Origin: Verrucomicrobiota bacterium
GTDB taxonomy: Bacteria > Verrucomicrobiota > Verrucomicrobiia > Chthoniobacterales > UBA6821
Assembly: GCA_008932965.1 (NCBI GenBank)
Contig: WBXG01000078.1
Coordinates: 1-5,501, forward strand
Direction: 5' to 3'
Length of the DNA stretch: 5,501 nucleotides
Numbering within the stretch: position 1 is the stretch's first letter; every line of letters begins with the position of its first letter. Shown piece after piece: positions 1 through 5,501 of this stretch. A program made the translations under genes and the position numbers. The notes under the pieces were generated by a model that worked only from the letters and a program-made list of their open reading frames with translations, was not told the DNA's origin and did no database searches.

Positions 1-2
1 AT

Positions 3-146
3 AAAATGCCTCAGAAATTCGCTGATTCGGATAAGGAGCAAGGAGAATCGGCGCGCAGCAACCGAGTGTATAGAGAAATACTCGAGGACGCGAGCACCGA
101 GGCGACACAGCTCCTTGCCGAAGCAGTAGAATTTATGAGGCATTTT
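3..146. repeat. Long imperfect palindrome (rod-like hairpin, about 48 bp paired over 144 nt) directly downstream of fabH. It could be an intergenic palindromic repeat or MITE-like element, an elaborate bidirectional terminator, or a small structured RNA. Its identity is unknown.
   Basis: 3-13 aaaatgcctca is the exact reverse complement of 136-146 tgaggcatttt. Pairing continues in register: 15-20/129-134, 21-24/124-127 (one G-T), 26-30/118-122, 33-39/110-116, 48-51/97-100, 53-54/94-95, 56/92, 58-59/90-91 and 63-67/80-84. There is an internal loop at 40-47/101-109 and an apical loop at 68-79. The outer 18 positions match 17/18. The ends are A4 + GC-rich stem + T4-5. Confidence 0.8.
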
Positions 147-1144
147 TACCATTGGATCACAGAGGCAGCCCATGTTAATCCCCCTCCAAAAACCACCAAT
201 AAAATAAGATCCCCTTGTTTAAAATTTCTGGTTCTGGCGGCTTCATCGAGGGCAATGGCAACAGCAGCTGCGGAAGTGTTACCAAAACGATCGAGATTGA
301 GATGAAATTTATCGAGGGAGACATGAAGACGATTAGCAATGGTTTCAATAATACGCAAATTTGCTTGGTGGGGAATAATACAGGAGATTTGGTCGATAGT
401 GATACCAGCTTGTAGTAAGGCTTGCTGTGAGGAGTCGACCATGGCTTTGACTGCTTGTTTGTAGGTCTCACGCCCGTTCATGCGTATTGTGGCTAGTTTT
501 TCTGAGACGTTTTCCGAAGTTGTGGGAGCAGCGCTACCACCTCCTGGTGTGTAGAGAATATCAGCGAGCTTACCATCACTTCCCATCGATGTTGTGATGA
601 TACCGCTTCCACCGGCACGATGTCTTAAAATGGCAGCTCCAGCACCATCTCCAAAAAGAACACAGGTATTACGATCCTCCCAGTTTACAATGGATGAGAG
701 CTTGTCGGCACCAATGACCAAAATGGTTTTTTCTGGACTAACAGCAATAAATTGACGTGCAATCTCAAGGGCATAAAGAAACCCAGAACAGGCTGCACTG
801 ACATCGAAACAGACTGCATTGGTTGCTCCAATTTTAGCCTGCACAAAACAAGCTGTATTGGGAAAAAACATATCTGGTGTCACTGTTGCACAGATAATCA
901 TGGAGATTTCTTGTGCTTCAATTCCTGCATTTTCTAAAGCTGCACGAGCTGCTGCTGCTGCCATGTCACTGGTTGTCTCATTGGGAGCAGCGATACGACG
1001 CTCTTGAATACCAGTACGCGTACGAATCCATTCGTCATTGGTATCTACCATTTTTTCTAATTCAGCATTGGTCATGATACGCTCAGGCAAATAACTGCCT
1101 GTTCCAAGAATAGAGGCAGAGGCAGTATGATTCTGAATCAGCAT
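146..1144 (-). CDS. fabH: 3-oxoacyl-[ACP] synthase III (beta-ketoacyl-ACP synthase III, FabH)
   Basis: The translation is recognisably colinear with E. coli FabH. It has the GTGSYLPE N-terminal motif, the active-site Cys in FDVSAACSGF, the His in IPHQANLRI, the Asn in FGNTSAAAV and the C-terminal FGGGLTWAA. The maximal ORF starts at TTG 1216 (356 aa). The first ATG, at 1144 (MLIQNHTASASILGTGSYLP), gives 332 aa, the usual FabH length, so I report that start. The stop is TAA at 148-146. Confidence 0.94.
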   Translation of the reverse strand: MLIQNHTASASILGTGSYLPERIMTNAELEKMVDTNDEWIRTRTGIQERRIAAPNETTSDMAAAAARAALENAGIEAQEISMIICATVTPDMFFPNTACFVQAKIGATNAVCFDVSAACSGFLYALEIARQFIAVSPEKTILVIGADKLSSIVNWEDRNTCVLFGDGAGAAILRHRAGGSGIITTSMGSDGKLADILYTPGGGSAAPTTSENVSEKLATIRMNGRETYKQAVKAMVDSSQQALLQAGITIDQISCIIPHQANLRIIETIANRLHVSLDKFHLNLDRFGNTSAAAVAIALDEAARTRNFKQGDLILLVVFGGGLTWAASVIQW

Positions 1145-1283
1145 TGTGCAGTGAAAAGTTGGTAATGTTAGGGTGGCATGCTCCAGCTCATTGATGAGTG
1201 GAGTTTTAAATCTCAATTATAAAGTTTTATCCGCACGGAGACTTTTGGAAATTATTTTTACGGTGTATAGAATTCAATATCTT

Positions 1284-2324
1284 CTATGAATGGCTCTCTG
1301 TAAGCGAGCCCTCTGCAGGGGGGTGTGAGTTATATTCTCTTAGAGCCTCGACAATCTTAGGGTTTACTCCCTGTTCAATAAATTCCATAGCGACACGAAT
1401 CGCATTTTTAATAGCGAGTGGAGAACTGGAACCATGGGCAATGATACAAATGCCATCTATTCCTAAAAGGGGGCTTCCTCCATACATTTCAGGATTGGTC
1501 TGCTTGCGAATAGAACGGAAAGCATTACGTGCTAACCATGCCCCGGCAATACGAACAGGGGTTTTGAGAAGCTCTTTCTTAAGCCAATGAAAAACAGCCC
1601 CTGCTGTTGCCTCCATTGTCTTTAAAACAACATTTCCGGTGAAGCCGTCACAGAGAACAATATCAACGGGATTTTTGAACAGGTCATTTCCTTCAATGTT
1701 TCCTCGAAAGTTAAGGGTGCTAGCCTTGAGGAGCTTGAAAATTTCTTTAGTAAATTCACTTCCCTTGACATCTTCCTCACCGATAGACATGAGACCAATA
1801 TCTGGATTGGCATAGCCTAAGAAGTGCTTAGCAAGAACAGATCCCATAATGGCATATTGAAAAATATGTTTGGGTCGTGCATCGACGTTGGCACCAGCAT
1901 CCATGAGAATACAGGTGTTTTTTTCAGTTGGAAAAAAGGAGGCAATTCCTGGTCGCTCGATGCCCTCAAGCATGCGTAGCTTAATGGTAGTGGCAGCTAC
2001 CGAAGCTCCAGTATGACCGGCACTCACAACAGCTTCAGCTTCACCATGCTTGACAAGATCAACGGCACGAGAAATAGAGGAATCTTTTTTTTTCCTCACA
2101 GCATCAATAGCTTTGTCTTTCATCTCGACAACTTGAGTCGTTGGAACGATCTCAATACGCGAGTCACTAAAATTTTGTTTTTGTAACTGGGAACGCAGAG
2201 ATACCTCATCACCCGTCAGAAAAAGACGGCTGATTTTTGGATATTCCTTTAGGGCCAAAATCGCACCAGCAACAGTGCTCTCGGGAGCAAAGTCACCACC
2301 CATAGCATCAAGGACAATTTTCAT
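1284..2324 (-). CDS. plsX: Phosphate acyltransferase PlsX (acyl-ACP:phosphate acyltransferase)
   Basis: 346-aa ORF with an ATG start. The family motifs LDAMGGDFAP (E. coli DVMGGDFGP), SAGHTGA, ERPGIA and CDGFTGNVVLKTMEA (E. coli CDGFTGNVTLKTMEG) are present. It sits in the canonical position between rpmF and fabH. Confidence 0.95.
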   Translation of the reverse strand: MKIVLDAMGGDFAPESTVAGAILALKEYPKISRLFLTGDEVSLRSQLQKQNFSDSRIEIVPTTQVVEMKDKAIDAVRKKKDSSISRAVDLVKHGEAEAVVSAGHTGASVAATTIKLRMLEGIERPGIASFFPTEKNTCILMDAGANVDARPKHIFQYAIMGSVLAKHFLGYANPDIGLMSIGEEDVKGSEFTKEIFKLLKASTLNFRGNIEGNDLFKNPVDIVLCDGFTGNVVLKTMEATAGAVFHWLKKELLKTPVRIAGAWLARNAFRSIRKQTNPEMYGGSPLLGIDGICIIAHGSSSPLAIKNAIRVAMEFIEQGVNPKIVEALREYNSHPPAEGSLTESHS

Positions 2325-2369
2325 CTCGTTCTTGTTTGAACTGAGATTCTTAATTATTTCTCCAACCTA

Positions 2370-2552
2370 TTAGGCTGGGGTAACATCAAGAACTTGACGA
2401 TTGCGGTAAGAACCGCAAGCAGGGCATGCAGTATGAGAACGAACTGGAGTGCCACATTCTTGGCACTTTCCAAGACTTGGTGCATGCCATCGATTGGCGG
2501 CTTTGCGCGTACGTAGACGCATTTTGGAAACTTTACGTTTTGGGACTCCCAT
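2370..2552 (-). CDS. rpmF: 50S ribosomal protein L32 (zinc-ribbon, Cys-containing form)
   Basis: 60-aa basic protein beginning MGVPKRKVSKMRLRTRKA, which resembles Bacillus L32 (MAVPFRRTSKMKKRLRRTH). It has two CxxC pairs (CQEC and CPAC) followed by GSY. It sits in the canonical position between yceD and plsX. Confidence 0.93.
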   Translation of the reverse strand: MGVPKRKVSKMRLRTRKAANRWHAPSLGKCQECGTPVRSHTACPACGSYRNRQVLDVTPA

Positions 2553-2560
2553 GGGGTTTA

Positions 2561-3049
2561 TTAATGTTTTGTGAGGTGATCGAGTACAGCCCAGATAGAA
2601 CTTTTTTCTTCAGAATGAGGTTCTACTGAACAATGCTCCGAAACTTTCCTAAAGCCTAAATCACTTTTTGGAAATTGGGCCGGGCATTTTTTATTTCCGC
2701 CCATATCACATCGAGGATGCATGGGCAGGAGGAGATGTATATCCTCTCTGACCTCTTCGGTCAAGTCTACTAACTCAGAACCTACTAAATCGCGTTGCAT
2801 AGCAAATGTTGTGGTGTTGATTTGGTGTTCAAAAGGTTCTAAACAAGCGACACAAGTCATTGTAACCTTTTGTGAAAGTGAGCCAGTCGCAAAGAGACCT
2901 GAGCCAGAAAGGCCCACCTGCAAATCATAAAAAAGGGGGCCAACCGTTTCTGCTTCGGCCTCAGCTAAATCAAGGAACGAGGAGTCCGTCTCACCACAAA
3001 GATGCAATGATTCATTTTCAGGAATATGTTGAAGGTGGACTTGAATCAT
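2561..3049 (-). CDS. yceD: DUF177 / YceD-family protein (large-subunit rRNA accumulation protein)
   Basis: 162-aa acidic protein with a central CVACLEPF motif and a C-terminal LLLPMHPRC....C segment typical of DUF177. It lies immediately upstream of rpmF (8-nt gap), the conserved yceD-rpmF pairing. The call rests on these motifs and on synteny, so the family assignment is less certain than for the enzymes. Confidence 0.8.
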   Translation of the reverse strand: MIQVHLQHIPENESLHLCGETDSSFLDLAEAEAETVGPLFYDLQVGLSGSGLFATGSLSQKVTMTCVACLEPFEHQINTTTFAMQRDLVGSELVDLTEEVREDIHLLLPMHPRCDMGGNKKCPAQFPKSDLGFRKVSEHCSVEPHSEEKSSIWAVLDHLTKH

Positions 3050-3052
3050 AAA

Positions 3053-3604
3053 TTATTTTTTAACATATTTTTTTTTCAATTCTTCAAAAACAGGTTTTGG
3101 AACAAAATCGGAAACATCCCCACCAAGCATTGCAACCTCTTTGACAATGCGGGAACTTAAAAAAATACAATCTTCCCGGGGTGCTAAAAAAATCGTTTCA
3201 ATACGCGGTTCCAGACGTCTGTTAGTAAGAGCCATTTGAAACTCTCCCTCAAAATCAGAAACCGCACGCAATCCTCGAATCACTACAAAAGCTTCTCTCT
3301 TTGCTGCAGATTCGACTAAAAGGCCCTCGAGTGATTCGATAAAAAGACCAGGTCTTTTTCCTAATGCTTTTCTTAGCAAATCAAGACGCTCCTCTGTTGA
3401 AAAAAGTGGACTCTTTTCTCTGTTGGTAGCGACTGCCACAATCACTTCATCAAAAATACCCAAGGCACGTTCAATGAGGTCAAGATGACCATTGGTCACA
3501 GGATCAAAACTCCCAGGGTAAATGGCACGACGGCGAGCTCCTTGCAAAGGGGGAGGGCTCTGGTGAATCGAGCTTAGAGCATTAATGTTAATCTCTTGAT
3601 TCAT
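3053..3604 (-). CDS. coaD: Phosphopantetheine adenylyltransferase (CoaD/PPAT)
   Basis: AIYPGSFDPVTNGHLDLIERA matches E. coli [21 protein letters not shown] (the nucleotidyltransferase T/HxGH motif). It also has VIRGLRAVSDFEGEFQMA (E. coli LIRGLRAVADFEYEMQLA) and LSSRIVKEVA (E. coli ISSSLVKEVA). The start is ambiguous: the maximal ORF begins at TTG 3619, the first ATG is at 3604 (reported here), and an in-frame TTG at 3547 would give MQGARRRAIYPG and 164 aa, close to the canonical 159 aa. Confidence 0.92.
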   Translation of the reverse strand: MNQEININALSSIHQSPPPLQGARRRAIYPGSFDPVTNGHLDLIERALGIFDEVIVAVATNREKSPLFSTEERLDLLRKALGKRPGLFIESLEGLLVESAAKREAFVVIRGLRAVSDFEGEFQMALTNRRLEPRIETIFLAPREDCIFLSSRIVKEVAMLGGDVSDFVPKPVFEELKKKYVKK

Positions 3605-3644
3605 GAGGAAGTGAGCCAATGTTTTTCATGGTATTAATGAATGT

Positions 3645-5285
3645 TTATTCCCACTCAATGGTGGCTGGGGGCTTGTTGGAAATATCATAAACACATCGAT
3701 TGATTCCATCGACTTCATTGATGATCCGGCTAGAAATTTTAGCCAAAATTTCATAAGGAAGAGGGACCCAATTAGCAGTCATTCCATCTTGACTCTCGAC
3801 CATACGAATCGCAATGGTTTTATCATAAGTTCGCTCATCACCCATTACTCCAACTGATTGAACAGGCAATAGGACAGCAAATGATTGCCAGACTTTGTAG
3901 TACCAACCAGATGCTTTCATCTCTTCAATCACAATACTATCAGCATCACGCACTATCTTCAGTCGCTCTGGTGTTATAGAACCGATAATTCGGACAGCAA
4001 GACCTGGCCCTGGAAAGGGCTGACGATCGACCACTTCCCGGGGCAAGCCTAGCTGACGGCCGAGCTCACGTACTTCATCTTTAAAAAGCTGACGTAGTGG
4101 TTCTACTAATTCAAATTTCATTTTCTTAGGAAGCCCTCCTACATTATGATGGCTTTTAATCAACGAGGCCGGGTTATTTCCAATGGGGACACTTTCAATC
4201 ACATCAGGATATAGAGTTCCTTGAGCAAGAAATTTAAAAGGATGTGAAGTTCTCTTAGAGCTAAGCTGCAATTCTTTTGCTGCTTCTTCAAAGACATGAA
4301 TAAATTCCTTGCCGATGATTTTTCGTTTTTTTTCAGGATCACTGACCCCTTGAAGCTTCATTAAAAATTGTTTTTTGGCGCGAACGACTTTTAAACGAAT
4401 TTTAAAATGGTGTGCAAAGAGTTCACTGACCCCCTTGCGTTCTCCAGATCGCAGCAACCCATTGTCGACAAAAATACAGGTCAATTGATCTCCAATGGCA
4501 CGATGCAACAGTGCTGCTGCTACTGAGGAATCGACTCCTCCACTCAATCCTAAAATAACACGCCCTTGACCCACCTGGGCTCGAATTGCTTCACAACTTC
4601 TCTCAATAAAAGAATCCATTTTCCAGCTTGGGGTGCAACCACAGAGAGAGTGAAGGAAATTTTGAAGCATTTCTTTTCCTCCTTCAGTGTGGGCTACTTC
4701 AGGGTGAAATTGAAGACCGTAAAAATTTCTATCAAGATCTCCAATAACGGCATTGGGAGAATTTTCTGTAGAGCCAAGAACAGAAAACCCTTTAGGTAGT
4801 TTTTCAATGCGATCACCATGACTATTCCAAACGGTGATTTTCTTTTTTATTTTTTTAAATAAAGGAGCTATCCCAGTGAGGGTTAATTCACCAGAACCAT
4901 ATTCCCGGCATTGAGAACGAGCAACAACACCTCCGAGATCACGTGTCATCAACTGCATCCCATAACAAATCCCAAGAATAGGGACTCCCAGTTTATAAAT
5001 AGCAGTATCCAAAGTAGGTGCTTTCTTAGCATAGACGCTAGCTGGACCACCGGATAAAATAATACCTCGAATTGTTGGGTCCTTGGCTAGGAGGGAAGCT
5101 TTCGTAGTATGAGGAAGTATTTCTGAAAAGACATGACACTCCCGCACCCGACGTGCAATGACCTGAGTGTACTGGGATCCAAAATCAAGGATCACTATTT
5201 TCTCATTTTTTGAAGATAGAGGTCTCTTTTTTAGAGTAGTTTTGAGTGAAACCTTAGGGAGAATTTTAGAAGAGTTGGAGGCCAT
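3645..5285 (-). CDS. guaA: GMP synthase (glutamine-hydrolysing), GATase + ATP-pyrophosphatase domains
   Basis: 546-aa ORF colinear with E. coli GuaA. Shared motifs are [18 protein letters not shown], the catalytic Cys in [16 protein letters not shown], the P-loop [23 protein letters not shown] and the C-terminal [14 protein letters not shown]. It has an ATG start at 5285 and a Lys/Ser-rich N-terminal extension of about 20 aa relative to E. coli. Confidence 0.97.
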   Translation of the reverse strand: MASNSSKILPKVSLKTTLKKRPLSSKNEKIVILDFGSQYTQVIARRVRECHVFSEILPHTTKASLLAKDPTIRGIILSGGPASVYAKKAPTLDTAIYKLGVPILGICYGMQLMTRDLGGVVARSQCREYGSGELTLTGIAPLFKKIKKKITVWNSHGDRIEKLPKGFSVLGSTENSPNAVIGDLDRNFYGLQFHPEVAHTEGGKEMLQNFLHSLCGCTPSWKMDSFIERSCEAIRAQVGQGRVILGLSGGVDSSVAAALLHRAIGDQLTCIFVDNGLLRSGERKGVSELFAHHFKIRLKVVRAKKQFLMKLQGVSDPEKKRKIIGKEFIHVFEEAAKELQLSSKRTSHPFKFLAQGTLYPDVIESVPIGNNPASLIKSHHNVGGLPKKMKFELVEPLRQLFKDEVRELGRQLGLPREVVDRQPFPGPGLAVRIIGSITPERLKIVRDADSIVIEEMKASGWYYKVWQSFAVLLPVQSVGVMGDERTYDKTIAIRMVESQDGMTANWVPLPYEILAKISSRIINEVDGINRCVYDISNKPPATIEWE

Positions 5286-5501
5286 CCCTCAACCCTATCA
5301 AAATTTCATTCAACCGCAAGCAACCTTACAATGGGTTAACCCGCCTATTTCATACCGATTCTGCTGCTGCTTGCGAACACCTGATGGATACTGCGTCAGC
5401 CTCGAATTGCTCCTCGGGCAGTATGAAACATACAGCCGTCGTCGCAATCCATCACCTTCGTTGACTCGCTCGCTCCCGCTCGTCTCGCCCTTTCAGGGCT
5501 G
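5286..5501. other. Unassigned segment upstream of guaA with no complete ORF. It could be the guaA promoter/5' leader, a structured RNA, or the tail of a gene lying beyond the window edge.
   Basis: The track shows no complete ORF here. By hand count, GC is 23/55 (42%) for 5286-5340 and 91/161 (56.5%) for 5341-5501. Edge-truncated open frames exist on both strands (see findings), so coding status cannot be settled from this window. Confidence 0.3.

Noticed and set aside
1-143. Minus-strand open frame starting at ATG 143-141, 2 nt after the fabH stop, and open to the window edge (MPHKFYCFGKELCRLGARVLEYFSIHSVAARRFSLLLIRISEFLRHF...). It could be the next gene of the operon.
   Set aside because: It does not resemble FabD or any fab/acp product I recognise, and it is Cys/Arg/Phe-rich. 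Its openness mirrors the plus-strand frame because of the palindrome. It cannot be fully excluded without sequence to the left of position 1, so it is not reported as a feature.
6-305. Plus-strand ORF of 99 aa (MPQKFADSDKEQGES...) with a helical-looking N-terminal half.
   Set aside because: Its last 160 nt run antisense through the well-supported 3' end of fabH. Its ATG and first five codons are the mirror image of the other palindrome arm (MPQKF on the plus strand, MPHKF on the minus strand). It has no recognisable family motifs. It is best explained as a by-product of the 3-146 palindrome.
175-4799. Track ORFs 175..471(-), 215..415(+), 752..937(+), 819..1007(+), 1622..1813(-), 2426..2629(+), 2721..2930(+) and 4566..4799(+).
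   Set aside because: Each lies entirely inside, and out of frame with or antisense to, a strongly supported housekeeping CDS (fabH, plsX, rpmF/yceD or guaA). Their translations are low-complexity with no recognisable motifs. They are shadow ORFs.
5290-5342. Three copies of caacc (5290-5294, 5311-5315, 5321-5325) and the palindrome gggttaaccc (5333-5342) just upstream of guaA, considered as operator or promoter elements. TTGCTT-N17-TGATAG was considered as a promoter.
   Set aside because: The repeats are only pentamers, the palindrome gives at most a 3-bp stem, and the promoter hexamers match the consensus poorly. The evidence is insufficient to call a regulatory site.
4580-5411. Exact 11-nt direct repeat ctcgaattgct at 4580-4590 (inside guaA) and at 5401-5411 (upstream region).
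   Set aside because: Several exact 11-mers are expected by chance among all position pairs in a 5.5-kb window. The flanks do not extend the match.
5343-5436. Apparent collinear similarity between the left palindrome (about 66-146) and the reverse complement of 5343-5436. The shared blocks are tgtat, atact, cgagga, cgaggc, gac, cag, aagcag, agaat, tatga and ggc, which hints at a second copy of the element.
   Set aside because: My best hand alignment gives about 58 matches, 17 mismatches and about 30 gap positions in about 11 gaps. That is roughly what the longest common subsequence of unrelated sequences of this length would give. The 5343-5436 region is also not itself a good palindrome. This is not distinguishable from chance without blastn or a dot-plot against the genome.
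5286-5460. Purine (guanine) riboswitch upstream of guaA.
   Set aside because: The three-way-junction drawing has roughly the right size. However, the conserved purine-riboswitch elements (GGAUAUGG-type L2, CCGUAAA-type L3, GUUUCUACC-type J2/3) are absent, and one loop is only 3 nt. There is no sequence support for this family.
1-5501. A search for a novel system: defence islands, toxin-antitoxin pairs, CRISPR arrays, mobile-element genes, tRNA/rRNA, and programmed frameshifts or in-frame stops.
   Set aside because: All six substantial ORFs are intact, recognisable core-metabolism or ribosomal genes in conserved synteny. There are no spaced direct repeats, no T-loop/cloverleaf candidates in the flanks, and no unexplained long ORFs. 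The window looks like ordinary core genome.

Overview
This is an ordinary housekeeping locus from a moderately AT-rich bacterium; I cannot assign a taxon without a database search. Six co-directional, tightly packed minus-strand genes fill 146-5285, in transcription order guaA (GMP synthase), coaD (phosphopantetheine adenylyltransferase), yceD/DUF177, rpmF (ribosomal protein L32), plsX and fabH. This is the widely conserved yceD-rpmF-plsX-fabH ribosome/lipid cluster, preceded by guaA-coaD. Every other ORF in the track is an antisense or overlapping shadow of these genes. I see no transposase or integrase, CRISPR, tRNA/rRNA, defence or toxin-like genes, and no credible evidence of a novel multi-gene system. 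Two non-coding edges are not explained by the gene models. The first is a 144-nt imperfect palindrome (3-146) abutting the fabH stop codon, where fabD would usually follow. The second is a GC-enriched segment upstream of guaA (5341-5501) with no complete ORF, which can be drawn as a small three-way-junction fold. Both are of modest interest and need genome-wide or comparative checks that I cannot run here.
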